Below are positions 28,734-38,762 of a stretch of DNA of 64,000 bases, piece by piece. The stretch comes from Minisyncoccota bacterium. Lineage in GTDB: Bacteria; Patescibacteriota; Minisyncoccia; Phycocordibacterales; JAQTLZ01. Position 1 is the stretch's first letter. Each line of letters opens with the position of its first letter. The translations under genes were made by a program, and so were the position numbers. Below the pieces are notes generated by a model. It made no database searches and was not told where the DNA came from. It saw only the letters and a list, made by a program, of their open reading frames with translations. The DNA is taken from positions 1,136 through 65,135 of the forward strand of contig JAQTSY010000003.1 of the NCBI GenBank assembly GCA_028711065.1, read 5' to 3'.

Positions 28734-29165
28734 TTACGGCAATGAACAGTTCTCGGCACTCGAAGTCGCTGTTTCTTCAAATGAGAGAATAGATAAGTTA
28801 CCGCTATTCAAAAGCGCTTTCAAATTGGTATGAGCGGAATGTACCAGAGCCCTTGTTTGAATTTCAATACCTCCAGGCGAAGCCTGAAGAGGACAAATTC
28901 TGCAAGAATCTTCTCCTTCCATGATTTTCTCATTTCCCGCGTATAAACTATCTTCTGAAAGGTTCATACGAGCTGTTTCAAAACAGGCCAGCGCCAAAAG
29001 AGCACTGCGTTTTTTATTTTCCGAATCCAAAATATTGAAGCGGGTGAAAAAAGAACCTAAATTTAAAGAAAGAAGAATTGCAAGCAAAACCGCAGAGATA
29101 ATAATCGCCGAGACAAGCGCGATGAATCCTTTCTTTTTTTCTTTTTTCTGTTTTCTACCTGACAT
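28734..29165 (-). CDS. Minor pilin-like / pseudopilin. Pilin-type N-terminal helix but no Glu at position +5.
   Basis: KKGFIALVSAIIISAVLLAILL N-terminal helix; location inside the pilin operon. Confidence 0.4.
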   Translation of the reverse strand: MSGRKQKKEKKKGFIALVSAIIISAVLLAILLSLNLGSFFTRFNILDSENKKRSALLALACFETARMNLSEDSLYAGNEKIMEGEDSCRICPLQASPGGIEIQTRALVHSAHTNLKALLNSGNLSILSFEETATSSAENCSLP

Positions 29166-29622
29166 AATACGTGCTTGTTGCGAATCGACTTCCTATTTGT
29201 ATGACAACCTGAATCCCGGGAGGACTGTCAGAAGATGTGGGAGAAATGTAAGAAAAAGAAACAGAATCAACTTTTACAGACTCACTATTCAATGGAATGG
29301 CTTCTTTATTGGATCTCGAGAGTGTGAGTAAACCATCCTTTGCCACAAGTGTCAGAGGATTTGTTGAAAAATTATATTTGCGAACAATAAGTTTAGTCGA
29401 AACTCCCGGTCCAAGCGGAGCGTCTATCGAAGAAACGCTCGAAAGGACCCAGTCTATTTTTTTGAAAAGAAAATTCAACTCTTCATCCACAAGAATGCTC
29501 TGACTTTGTCTTCCGGATGATTCAATTAAATAATAGGACGCGGAAAGAATGCCTCCAAGAATAAGTGAAAGCAGGCCTATATAGAGTATTGTTTCGATTA
29601 AAGTGAAGCCGCCCTTTTTCAT
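29155..29622 (-). CDS. Type IV pilin-like protein.
   Basis: MKKGGFTLIETILYIGLLSLILGG prepilin signal. Confidence 0.7.
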   Translation of the reverse strand: MKKGGFTLIETILYIGLLSLILGGILSASYYLIESSGRQSQSILVDEELNFLFKKIDWVLSSVSSIDAPLGPGVSTKLIVRKYNFSTNPLTLVAKDGLLTLSRSNKEAIPLNSESVKVDSVSFSYISPTSSDSPPGIQVVIQIGSRFATSTYYVR

Positions 29623-31055
29623 TGTGGTGAAATTGCTACAACCGCGCCATTTTGGAGCGACGCATACACGCGATTATTTTCGTAATCAAGACCGGAAATG
29701 CGAAAAGAAAAAGATACTTTTCCTATCGCAACGGCTTTGCTTGGATCAGAAACATCCCAAATCTCCATCTCATTCGCTTCTTTTTGGGTACCGCATTTTA
29801 CGCACACGCCAAGATACACTAGATTCCCGCTCGCCAAAATCTCCGTGACATCGCCATCAACAAAATATCCAAAAGCCGGTGGAATATTTTTGGGATCTCT
29901 TATATCAAAAATGAGAAATTCCGGTTCGCTTCCGTCACTTTTTCCTCGCTCCCGCCCAAGATACAATTTTTGCCCCAAAACGGCCAAAGAAAGGCCGGAT
30001 TTTTCTCCTGGAGCACTTCCCGAAGAGAGGAGCGTAGGGAAATAAGGATCTGAAATGTCGACAATTTTAAGCGGTGTGAAAGGTGCAGTAGAACCAGGGC
30101 CCGTAGCGAGATATGCAATATTTCCCTGCACAACAATATGATTTACATTGCGATTTATTTTGAGACTCCCCTGCCAAATCGGATTCCCCGGATCTGACAC
30201 ATCAAAAATATGAAATTCATTTTGCGCGCTCGGGAGAAGTCTTTGTGTTCCAAGATACGCTTTTGTATCGTAATAAAAAACACTTCTTCCCAAACCATTC
30301 GTGACTCCTGGAATTGTGAGAGAAGCTAGAAGAATGGGCACGTTTGTATCTATTATTTCAAACTGTTCAGTGGATGAAGCGTTGGCCACGTAAGCATAAT
30401 TTCCCGCAACATCTACCTCTTGGGGCATTCCGGTATTGAGAGAAGAAGCACTGCCGTTTTTAATATCGTAGGTAAAAAAATTCGAAACATCGGGAGTTGT
30501 AGATGCGGTTGCATAGATGATGCCATTTTTCACATCCATCCCAGTAATTTCTGGTGCGGGCAGTGAAAAAGATTCTTGTTTAGTAAGATCCCAAAGAGAA
30601 CCTGGAAGCATACTCCCTCCGCAATCATTCCCCAATTTTGAAAGTATTGATTTGCTTCCAAAAAAACTTGCAAGGGTTATGCTTTGCGGCCTCTTCCCGC
30701 TTTGCCAAGAGAGAATTTGCGAAACCTGTTTTCTGCAGGGGGTGACATCGGAAACCAAAAGCGTTTTCGTATAGAGGCCGCTATAGAGCCCTTCGTCTGT
30801 ATTCGTAATGACAGATGAGGTGGCGATAATCCCATTGAAATCGGTAAATGATTTCCCGCGAAGGGCTTCGAATTCGCGCGACGCAAGAGAGAGGCCGTGA
30901 TTATTGAGATCGGTATCGAGCGTCAGAGTTTGGTTAGAAAAACTAAGAAGAATAAGCGCGGTAAAGGTAATAGACAAAACCGCAAGCGCGATAATAATTT
31001 CGAGCGTACTTATTCCGCGAGTGTAATTCTTTTTAATAATTAATCCTCCCTTCAT
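29619..31055 (-). CDS. Pilin-like N-terminus fused to a beta-propeller (LVIVD-like repeats). Putative PilY1-like tip or minor pilin.
   Basis: RGISTLEIIIALAVL prepilin-type N-terminus. Repeated GNxAYVA/GNIAYLA/GNLVYLG blocks. Confidence 0.5.
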   Translation of the reverse strand: MKGGLIIKKNYTRGISTLEIIIALAVLSITFTALILLSFSNQTLTLDTDLNNHGLSLASREFEALRGKSFTDFNGIIATSSVITNTDEGLYSGLYTKTLLVSDVTPCRKQVSQILSWQSGKRPQSITLASFFGSKSILSKLGNDCGGSMLPGSLWDLTKQESFSLPAPEITGMDVKNGIIYATASTTPDVSNFFTYDIKNGSASSLNTGMPQEVDVAGNYAYVANASSTEQFEIIDTNVPILLASLTIPGVTNGLGRSVFYYDTKAYLGTQRLLPSAQNEFHIFDVSDPGNPIWQGSLKINRNVNHIVVQGNIAYLATGPGSTAPFTPLKIVDISDPYFPTLLSSGSAPGEKSGLSLAVLGQKLYLGRERGKSDGSEPEFLIFDIRDPKNIPPAFGYFVDGDVTEILASGNLVYLGVCVKCGTQKEANEMEIWDVSDPSKAVAIGKVSFSFRISGLDYENNRVYASLQNGAVVAISPQ

Positions 31056-31521
31056 TGTTGATGGTAATAAAATCAGTATGAACCCCGTCAGTTATTGTTG
31101 TCGTTCCAACTCCTTTTTGAAATGATGGTAAAAAGGCCGGAACAGAATCCCCGGACAGTGCTTCAAAAACGATATCTTCTTCTAAAGAAACGCTAACAGC
31201 AGTATTTCTCGGAATAAATTCATTTCTCTCATCGTCTGGATCAAATTCTGTACCCTGAAATATGGAGTAGCCGTTTTCATCGATGTGCACTCCGTGCGGA
31301 GCTTCATCGATATTGTTCATTGCCTGATTTCGGGCTTTTTGAAGTGTGCTCACTAAAAGCGCTTTCTCGCTTCGAAAAAGATATGATCGATAAAAATCCA
31401 TTCCCACGGGCAAAGAAAGTCCGAGAACAATGCCGAATAACCCGATCACAACGAGAATTTCGACTAAAGTGAACCCACGGGAAAAATTGCCCTTACCGGC
31501 GAAGATGCGCAGTGATTTCAT
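31033..31521 (-). CDS. Pseudopilin (GspH/FimT-like).
   Basis: RGFTLVEILVVIGLFGIVLG prepilin signal. The start is probably MKSLRIF. Confidence 0.65.
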   Translation of the reverse strand: MKSLRIFAGKGNFSRGFTLVEILVVIGLFGIVLGLSLPVGMDFYRSYLFRSEKALLVSTLQKARNQAMNNIDEAPHGVHIDENGYSIFQGTEFDPDDERNEFIPRNTAVSVSLEEDIVFEALSGDSVPAFLPSFQKGVGTTTITDGVHTDFITINNEGRINY

Positions 31522-32776
31522 AGATAGGAGTAATAACCGATACAGCAACAAGGCCGACCAAAAGGCCCATGATAATCATAAGCACCGGCTCGACAGAACT
31601 CGCAAGATTTCTTGTGATGTCATCAACTTCCCGTTCGAACATATCGGCTATATACAGAAAGGTATTTGAGAGATTCCCCGTCGTTTCTCCGACCGCAACC
31701 ATGTGAGAAAGCGTATCCGGAAAAAGTTTTTCATTTTTATTGAAATACGTCGAAATACGCTCGCCCTTCATAACACTCTCCGTCAAATTCGAAAGTTCCT
31801 TTTGAAAAACTAAATTATTAGTACTTTCCCCAGTAAGTAAAATTGCCTCACTGACTGTCACTCCGCCTTTCAAAAGAAGTCCAAGCGTTCGGGACATATT
31901 CGCCATGTTGTAGCTTTGCACGATCTTTTTTACAAAAGGAATTTTCAAAAGAAATACATCGAGCCAAAATCGAATTCTCTCAAATCGTTTCACCAAAAAA
32001 ATGACAGTAGCCGAAAGAAGAAATATGAAGAGAAGAAATGACCAACCATAAAGATGCAAAAATGAGCTTACCGAGATGAGAATCCGGGTAGTGAGAGGAA
32101 TTGCGATATGAAGGCTCGTAAAAATCGGAAGAATTTTAGGAAAAATAAAAGCAGTAAGGAGAAGGGTGAGGCCCAGCGTTGCTATCGTAACGAAGATCGG
32201 ATAGATCAAAGCACCGACAATTCTTTGTTTCAGGGCATGCTTTTTTTCCAGTTCATGTGAAAGGTATTCGAGATTTTGATCCAAAATTCCGCTCGTTTCC
32301 CCCACCCGAATCATGTTCACCGCAAATGCGCCGAAAAGATTTTTAAATCGCTCAAGACTTGTTGAAAGATACTGGCCCGAAGAAACATCCGCGATGATCG
32401 TCTCGAAAAATATCGCCCGGCCTTTTGAACGATTTTGTTTTTGAATGATAAGAAGGCTTTCAACAATCGGCACTCCGCCATGAATAAGAAAACTAAGTCG
32501 TTTCGAAAAATGAATCTTGTCTTTCATGCTGAAATGTCCGAAGCGCACCCTTTCCGATACGCGCTTGAAAATACTTTTTTGTTCTTCTTTCGAAGGAGCT
32601 TTTTTTTCTCCCACCACGCTTCGAGCGGGTTTCGAACGATGAACAGAATCGAGATGTTTGGGAGACTTCATCTCCTTTTTCTTTCTGAACACGCGAGAAA
32701 TCGAACGACCAACACTGCCTATGTGCTGTTTCAAAGCATCCTCAACATGAGAAATTTCTTTATTCATGACCGACAC
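31493..32776 (-). CDS. pilC: Type IV pilus / type II secretion (T2SS) platform protein PilC/GspF.
   Basis: Two T2SSF repeats and three transmembrane segments; matches the family over the whole length. Confidence 0.85.
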   Translation of the reverse strand: MSVMNKEISHVEDALKQHIGSVGRSISRVFRKKKEMKSPKHLDSVHRSKPARSVVGEKKAPSKEEQKSIFKRVSERVRFGHFSMKDKIHFSKRLSFLIHGGVPIVESLLIIQKQNRSKGRAIFFETIIADVSSGQYLSTSLERFKNLFGAFAVNMIRVGETSGILDQNLEYLSHELEKKHALKQRIVGALIYPIFVTIATLGLTLLLTAFIFPKILPIFTSLHIAIPLTTRILISVSSFLHLYGWSFLLFIFLLSATVIFLVKRFERIRFWLDVFLLKIPFVKKIVQSYNMANMSRTLGLLLKGGVTVSEAILLTGESTNNLVFQKELSNLTESVMKGERISTYFNKNEKLFPDTLSHMVAVGETTGNLSNTFLYIADMFEREVDDITRNLASSVEPVLMIIMGLLVGLVAVSVITPIYEITAHLRR

Positions 32777-33974
32777 GCAATACTTCCTCGAGAGTAGTTA
32801 TGCCAGCTTTTGCTTTTGAGAGGCCATCTTCCACCATGGTTTTCATTCCGGCTTTCACGGCAATCTCCCGAATCGTCGAGGCGGAAGCATGATCAATAAT
32901 TGCCTCCCGAATGTCGTGATCCACTTCAAGTACTTCGTAAATACCGACTCTCCCACGATATCCAGTACCGTTGCACTCATCACAACCCGCTCCGTAGTAG
33001 TAAACTGTTTTTTCATCAAAACCTTTTCCAGCAAGGGTTTGAGTAAAACTTTTTAATTCGTGTTCGGATAATTTTTTCTCTTTCTTGCAAGATGCACAAA
33101 TTTTCCGCACGAGACGCTGTCCAATCGCCACATTCACCGTCGAGGCAACGAGAAATGGCTCGATCTTCATATCCAAAAGACGAGGCAGAGTTGTCGCGGC
33201 ATCGCTCGTGTGAAGAGTCGAAAGAAGAAGGTGTCCCGTAAGGGCGGTGTTGACGGCAATTCCAGCCGTTTCGGTGTCGCGAATTTCCCCCACCATGATG
33301 ATGTTCGGATCTTGGCGCAAAATCGAGCGCAGGCCGTTTGCAAAAGTGAGCGAACTTCGCGGATTTACTTGAATCTGCTCGATTCCGTCGAGCGCATACT
33401 CGATCGGGTCTTCAATCGTAATGATTGAAACTTCTTTGGTATTGAGCATCTTCAAAATGGTGTAGAGCGTCGTCGTTTTCCCAGAGCCAGTTGGGCCTGT
33501 GGCAAGAATCATTCCTGAAGATTTTTCCGCCGCTTTTTTCAACTTTGCATAATCAGTTTCCGAGAGTCCGAGCATTTCAAGCGAAAGATTTTCCGCCTTG
33601 TCAGAAAGAAGACGAAGCACTGCGTTCTCGCCAAAAAATGTCGGAACAATGGAAACTCGGACATCAACTGGCAAAGTGTCTTTCAAAGAAATGCGAAAAC
33701 GTCCATCTTGCGGAGCCTGATGTTCATCGGTTCGCAAAGAGGCGAGAATTTTTATTCGAGAAATAATTTCAGGGTGGATGTCTTTGGGAAATACGCAAAG
33801 CTCCTCCAAAACACCGTCAATACGGAGCCGGACCCGCACCTTTTTCTCCGACGGATCGATGTGAATGTCTGACGCGTGATTTCCATGCGCGTATTCAACA
33901 AGCGAATCGATAAGATTCACGATGGAAATATCCTTCCACTCACCGAGCTCTTTTCTAGTTCTCTGTTCTGCCAT
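32760..33974 (-). CDS. pilB: Type IV pilus assembly ATPase (GspE/PilB family, short form with tetra-Cys motif).
   Basis: Walker A GPTGSGKTT, Asp box, His box, and CASCKK...CDECNGTGYRGR. Confidence 0.85.
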   Translation of the reverse strand: MAEQRTRKELGEWKDISIVNLIDSLVEYAHGNHASDIHIDPSEKKVRVRLRIDGVLEELCVFPKDIHPEIISRIKILASLRTDEHQAPQDGRFRISLKDTLPVDVRVSIVPTFFGENAVLRLLSDKAENLSLEMLGLSETDYAKLKKAAEKSSGMILATGPTGSGKTTTLYTILKMLNTKEVSIITIEDPIEYALDGIEQIQVNPRSSLTFANGLRSILRQDPNIIMVGEIRDTETAGIAVNTALTGHLLLSTLHTSDAATTLPRLLDMKIEPFLVASTVNVAIGQRLVRKICASCKKEKKLSEHELKSFTQTLAGKGFDEKTVYYYGAGCDECNGTGYRGRVGIYEVLEVDHDIREAIIDHASASTIREIAVKAGMKTMVEDGLSKAKAGITTLEEVLRVGHE

Positions 33975-33980
33975 GTATGT

Positions 33981-34985
33981 TTAGATTACAATCACCTGCG
34001 GGAAGAGAATTGCCCGAGAGAGGTAGAGTAGCACAAGGACTAATGCTAAAACAAGAAATCCATACAGGATGTGTTTTGGATGCTGTTTTTTAACTTCAAT
34101 GAAAATAAGAAGCACGAGTGAAAGAATAACAACACCCGCGAGAACAAGATATGCGTCAGTGACAAGTGTTGGATACCCGAGCACAAATTCCTGATACCAC
34201 GAAAGTTTTGGCAAGGACTTTCCGTCAATAACAGTCTGTGCCGGTGCGGAAGAAACGGCCGCTTCATTTTTCACAGCAACAAAAGTTTCGAGCGGTGCCA
34301 CTTCCTGCACAGGGACTTTTTTCACACTCTCGCCGGCAACTTTAGGAGAGATTCCCACCGCTGAAATTGGAGCGATACTTTTCACCTCTTTCAAAACCGG
34401 CCTCACATTTCCCTCTGTAGACGCGAGGGATGGAGTTCCAAAATCTTGGACAACAAAAATCGTATCTCTTCCTTTATATACTCCGTGAGAAGTGGCGATG
34501 CCAATCTCCGTAAAATGAGTATTGAGAATATTTTCCCGATGCGTCGGAGAATTCATCCACGCGTTCATCACAGTATCCGTGTCATTGAAGTTCACCGCAA
34601 GATTTTCTCCAGCATAGAGATACGAATAACCAGCGATATCGAACCAATGCCACGGAGTGAGTCCTTCCGGAGAAGTGTGGGCAAAATATCCCTTCTTTGC
34701 CATATCATCCGCTTTAAATCCGGCCGATTTTTCTAAGAGCGGATTTACTCGGAGAGGAAGATCGCCTTCTGCAACGCGATTTTCATTTGTAAGATTAACA
34801 ACAAGCGACGGATAAATTGAAGCAAGGAGGTCGGTTTTCGTCGCAATAATTCCATACGAAAGTGAACCGAGAAAAAGAATGAGAGAAAGTGAGATGAGTG
34901 AAGCAATAGAAGCTTCTCTTAAAAAGTGCGGCTTGTACTCATTCCCTTCATGAGGAATAAAGTGGTGCTTTAGAAAATTACTCAT
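33981..34985 (-). CDS. Membrane protein with a CAP/SCP/PR-1-like domain (YkwD-like) and C-terminal transmembrane helices.
   Basis: GYFAHTSPEG...GENLA...W.NSPTHRENIL pattern. Confidence 0.6.
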   Translation of the reverse strand: MSNFLKHHFIPHEGNEYKPHFLREASIASLISLSLILFLGSLSYGIIATKTDLLASIYPSLVVNLTNENRVAEGDLPLRVNPLLEKSAGFKADDMAKKGYFAHTSPEGLTPWHWFDIAGYSYLYAGENLAVNFNDTDTVMNAWMNSPTHRENILNTHFTEIGIATSHGVYKGRDTIFVVQDFGTPSLASTEGNVRPVLKEVKSIAPISAVGISPKVAGESVKKVPVQEVAPLETFVAVKNEAAVSSAPAQTVIDGKSLPKLSWYQEFVLGYPTLVTDAYLVLAGVVILSLVLLIFIEVKKQHPKHILYGFLVLALVLVLLYLSRAILFPQVIVI

Positions 34986-35045
34986 GAACTATTAGAGCAC
35001 AAAAGGCAAGTGAAAAACAAGCCGGATTTCCTCTCTTAGATGATT

Positions 35046-36293
35046 TTAAGGAAGTTGTGGAATCGGCAGATTGAGAGCCGGACAAACATAATTATTTATG
35101 AAGCGTTGTGTCGTCTTATAGACATAACCAGTTGGAGTGTGCGCTGTCGGCAAGCCAAATGGTACCCATGGTGCTAGAACTTGCTCCCAATTCATAACCT
35201 GGAGTCTGTTTACGGCGTCTCTCGTCATCGGACCATAAAAACCATTTACCGGAAGACTCATTTTAAGATAACTATTGAGCAACGTCTGAAGTCTTTTTAC
35301 ATCTTCTGGATCATTTTTCCATCCATAATGAATATATGTTTTCAGATAGACACTGCAAGCTTCGGCTCCAAGTACTTCACCCTGGGTAGGACCGGTAGAT
35401 GCACCGAGCACTTCCCCGTTTCCCCCTCCTATTCCTCCATTTCCTCCACCTGCTCGTCCTCCACCTGAAGACCCTGAATTATGATGAGGAGTTGGCGTTG
35501 GCTCACTGGCGCCGTTCGGAGTCGGAGTTGGAGAAGGAGTCACCTTAGGAGTAGGAGTCGGTGTTGGTTCTGGCGTAGGAGTGAGAGTTGGTTCTGGAAT
35601 TGGCGTCGGCGAAAGAGTTGGCGACGGCGTAACGGTCGGAGTTGGAGTCGCCGTTGGAGTGGGTGTAAGAGTTGGTGTCGGTGAAGGAGTTACGGAAGGA
35701 GTCGGGGTTACGCTTGGTGTTGGTGTCACTGTCGGGGTTGGAGTGGCTGTCGGTGTTGGGGTTGGAGTAGCTGTGGGAGACGGAGTCGGTGTAGATGTTG
35801 GCGTCGGAGTTATTGAAGGAGTTGGGGTTGGTGTGGTCGTGGGTGTCGGAGACGGAGTAGGCGAAGAGGAGGGGGTGGGTGTGGGAGTTCCAGTTGGAGT
35901 CGGGGTCGGAGAAGGAGTTGCAACTGGAGTGGGAGTTGAAGTGGGCGAGGGGGTTGTGGACGGAGTTGGGGTTACGCTTGGTGTGGGTGTTACCGTTGGA
36001 GTAGGGGTTACACCCGGAGTTGGTGTTGGCGTTATGTCGGGTGTTGGCGAAGGAGTGGGCACGGGGGTCGGAGTTGCGGTCGGGCACTCACCAATACTAT
36101 CGCCATGATCGAGATGGGTTTGTAACGAACTTTCTCCGACCTGTATCGTTTGCGGATTTTCGGAATTACCAGGCGGATAATGACAGATTGTTATTTGGTT
36201 CTCACTCGGCTCTGCCTTCGTCGTATATGCAAAAACCCCAGCTGATGCTACGATGATTCCTATCAAAAAAAGGCCCAATAATTTATTTTTCAT
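35046..36293 (-). CDS. Secreted protein: N-terminal Cys-containing domain, long Pro/Thr/Ser linker, Gly-rich segment, and a C-terminal peptidoglycan-binding (PG_binding_1-like) domain.
   Basis: Signal peptide. About 200 aa of (T/S)PTP repeats. [16 protein letters not shown] motif. Confidence 0.5.
   Translation of the reverse strand: MKNKLLGLFLIGIIVASAGVFAYTTKAEPSENQITICHYPPGNSENPQTIQVGESSLQTHLDHGDSIGECPTATPTPVPTPSPTPDITPTPTPGVTPTPTVTPTPSVTPTPSTTPSPTSTPTPVATPSPTPTPTGTPTPTPSSSPTPSPTPTTTPTPTPSITPTPTSTPTPSPTATPTPTPTATPTPTVTPTPSVTPTPSVTPSPTPTLTPTPTATPTPTVTPSPTLSPTPIPEPTLTPTPEPTPTPTPKVTPSPTPTPNGASEPTPTPHHNSGSSGGGRAGGGNGGIGGGNGEVLGASTGPTQGEVLGAEACSVYLKTYIHYGWKNDPEDVKRLQTLLNSYLKMSLPVNGFYGPMTRDAVNRLQVMNWEQVLAPWVPFGLPTAHTPTGYVYKTTQRFINNYVCPALNLPIPQLP
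35500..36060. repeat. Coding low-complexity tandem repeat (PT/PS-rich linker) inside the 35046..36293 gene.
   Basis: Repetitive ggagttgg / ggtgtcgg units visible in the DNA. The antisense ORF 35581..36108 is an artefact of this repeat. Confidence 0.6.
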
Positions 36294-36479
36294 ACTTATT
36301 TATTAAAACTTTAAATCTCAACTTGAGGACGTTTAGTAAAACAACATATTACAATGGACTCCATTGCAGTTTAAAACAGAGCTAAAAGCCTTTCTTCTAG
36401 CTCTAATTTAGAGGTCAAATCGAATGAAAGTCAATTGAGATAAACACTTGACTTTTTTAATTAGATATGGTATTATAGT

Positions 36480-36722
36480 GGCGGTAGCATAGTTCATGTT
36501 TTACAAAGGTTGAGGAGGGGGAATTCGTTCCCGCCAACAGTATTCTGATTTTACCTAAACGTAAAATCCAATACATCTTCGTAATTCGCCCACCCATTAG
36601 CCAGCGAATTACCCTCTCCCGACCTTTTTGCCCCGAGTCTCATTTGAGCCTCGGGTTTTGCGTTTTCTGGCTTGCCCGCGGAAACTTTTTAAAAAGTTTG
36701 CGCGGGCGTATACTTATTTTCT
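36480..36722 (+). promoter_or_regulatory. Roughly 240-nt structured leader of the EamA transporter gene: promoter TTGACT-17-TATTAT at ~36443-36472, long-range pairing ggagggggaattcg/cgaattaccctctcc, an intrinsic terminator (gccccgag...ctcgggttttgcgtttt), then a 17-bp hairpin (cccgcggaaacttttta/taaaaagtttgcgcggg) next to the start codon. Candidate riboswitch or attenuator.
   Basis: Hairpins and promoter hexamers seen in the sequence; no known aptamer consensus recognised. Confidence 0.3.
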
Positions 36723-37652
36723 ATGAACTGGCTTATCTTCGCGCTTGTACCTCCCCTTCTCTATTCAATCAACAATCACGTTGACAAATACCTTGTCGAA
36801 CGTTTTTTTAAGAACCGCACCTCTGAAAAAGGTGGAATTGGCTCTCTCGTCATTTTCACAGGACTCATAAGTATTTTGTTTTGCCTTATAATTGGAATTG
36901 CAATTCCTTCCCAAATTAGCATCTCTTTCCCGCACGCACTTGTCATCATTCTAAGCGGAATACTTTTGGTCGGTTCTTACGTTCCCTATTTTTCCGCACT
37001 TGAATACGAAGAAGCCTCTGTCATCACACCACTATGGCAATTCATTCCTATTTTCGGCTATATTCTCGGATTTTTCTTTCTCGGAGAAACCTTGCGAAAT
37101 ATACAAATTATCGGCGGATTTCTTATCATCTTAGGAGCTATCAGTATCTCGATTTCCTTCGATAAAAAATCGGCACGGATTAAAAAAGGAATTCTCTTGA
37201 AAATGATGGGTGCAGCATTCTTGGTCTCCCTTTCAATTCTTCTATTTAAAATCATCGCGCTCCAAGAGAATTTCTGGGCTAGTGTGTTTTGGGAATATGC
37301 CGGCATTGTGGTTTTCTCTCTCTTTTTATTTATTTGCATCAAATCTTATCGACAGCAATTTTTAAGCCTCATGAGACAAAATACGGCAGGATTTGTTCTC
37401 GTAAATGTCCTGGGGGAAGTCTTAAGTTTTATAGCAAAACTCGCTTCGAACTATGTAAGTCTTTTGGTACCAATCGCACTCCTTCTTCTTGTAAATAGTC
37501 TCCAGCCATTCTTCGTATTTATAATCGGCATCGTACTTACTGTTTTCCTCCCCCAATTGGGGAGAGAGAAACTCTCTGGACGAGATATTCTGCAGAAATT
37601 TTTCGCAATCGGTGTAATGATTGCCGGAACACTGCTCCTTATTTTCTTCTAA
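36723..37652 (+). CDS. EamA/DMT-family transporter (10 transmembrane segments).
   Basis: Hydrophobicity pattern and duplicated EamA-like halves. Confidence 0.65.
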   Translation: MNWLIFALVPPLLYSINNHVDKYLVERFFKNRTSEKGGIGSLVIFTGLISILFCLIIGIAIPSQISISFPHALVIILSGILLVGSYVPYFSALEYEEASVITPLWQFIPIFGYILGFFFLGETLRNIQIIGGFLIILGAISISISFDKKSARIKKGILLKMMGAAFLVSLSILLFKIIALQENFWASVFWEYAGIVVFSLFLFICIKSYRQQFLSLMRQNTAGFVLVNVLGEVLSFIAKLASNYVSLLVPIALLLLVNSLQPFFVFIIGIVLTVFLPQLGREKLSGRDILQKFFAIGVMIAGTLLLIFF

Positions 37653-37653
37653 T

Positions 37654-38067
37654 ATGAGAAACAGTAAAAAAGTTTTGGTTTTTGGGACATTCGACGGAGT
37701 ACATGAGGGTCACCGACATTTTTTGCGAGAAGCGAAAAAGCTCGGCACTTCCCTCTTCGCCGTAATAGCTCCTGACGCACAAGTTGAAACATTGAAGAAA
37801 CATTCTCCGAAATTCCTTCTTCAAAAAAGAATTGCGGATCTAGAGGCAGAAAAAATTGCGGACTGTGTGATCGCAGGCGATGAAACACTTGGAACATGGA
37901 ATGTCATTCTCAAAAACAAGCCGGACGTAATCGCCCTCGGATACGATCAAGATGCTTTGGGGAAAGCGCTTCAAGAAGCTTCAACACAATTTCCCTTTAA
38001 AATTGAAATCGAAAAAATCACCTCGCATAGACCAGATGTTTTCCGCTCTGGGCTCTTGAACAAATAA
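37654..38067 (+). CDS. Small nucleotidyltransferase with a (H/T)xGH motif (FAD synthetase / cytidylyltransferase-like).
   Basis: VLVFGTFDGVHEGHRHFL. Confidence 0.6.
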   Translation: MRNSKKVLVFGTFDGVHEGHRHFLREAKKLGTSLFAVIAPDAQVETLKKHSPKFLLQKRIADLEAEKIADCVIAGDETLGTWNVILKNKPDVIALGYDQDALGKALQEASTQFPFKIEIEKITSHRPDVFRSGLLNK

Positions 38068-38136
38068 AAAGCGGGCAGCAAAATTTTCTAGAAAATTTTG
38101 CTGCAAAGTGCTATACTAAGAAATTCAAGTATTTTT

Positions 38137-38682
38137 ATGCCAAAACCTCGCGCAAAAGTGGGCAAATACAAGACCGTTTTCAAAGGACACACCTTTGAAG
38201 TGAAGCGCGCTATCGCGGTAATGCCCTCTGGCAAAAAAGAGATCTTTGAGACAATGCATCGTCCGCCAAGCGTTATGATTCTTCCTATCGACGCGAAGAA
38301 ACGCCTTCTCCTCATCCGCGAATACCGTTCGCGAATCAAAAAATATATCTGGGCCCTCCCAGCAGGAAAAGTAAAGAAGGGAGAAACCCCTGCTCGGGCC
38401 GCACAAAGAGAGCTCCGCGAAGAAGCAGGAGTACGCGCAAAAAATCTGAAACTTTTTCGCCTTGCAGAAGGCGGACAATCCTGGGTATGGAGACGCTTCG
38501 CCTATGTTGCAACAAAACTCATCCCCGACCGTCTTCAAAGTGATGAGGACGAGGATATTAAGGTCGTACCCGTCTCAATCGACAAGGCATTTCAAATGAT
38601 AAAAAAAGATCAGATCTATAACGAAAATATGGCATGCATGATATTCCGTCTCTGGTCACTGCGAAAAAAATTCGGAATCTAA
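38137..38682 (+). CDS. NUDIX hydrolase.
   Basis: Nudix box LPAGKVKKGETPARAAQRELREEAGV. Confidence 0.8.
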   Translation: MPKPRAKVGKYKTVFKGHTFEVKRAIAVMPSGKKEIFETMHRPPSVMILPIDAKKRLLLIREYRSRIKKYIWALPAGKVKKGETPARAAQRELREEAGVRAKNLKLFRLAEGGQSWVWRRFAYVATKLIPDRLQSDEDEDIKVVPVSIDKAFQMIKKDQIYNENMACMIFRLWSLRKKFGI

Positions 38683-38762
38683 AATAAAGTTTTAGCAAGA
38701 GGTGAAAGTGCTATACTAAATGAAGAAAGAGTTCTCGTTTTTATTCATTAATATTTAATTAA

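Noticed and set aside
35500-36060. Possible CRISPR array suggested by the periodic short repeats.
   Set aside because: The repeats are imperfect and in frame with a Pro/Thr linker, there are no unique spacers, and no cas genes are nearby.
35581-36108. Gly/Val-rich plus-strand ORF (175 aa) and an Asn/Ser-rich minus-frame ORF.
   Set aside because: They are antisense or alternate-frame readings of the PT-repeat linker in the 35046..36293 gene, an artefact of low-complexity repeats.
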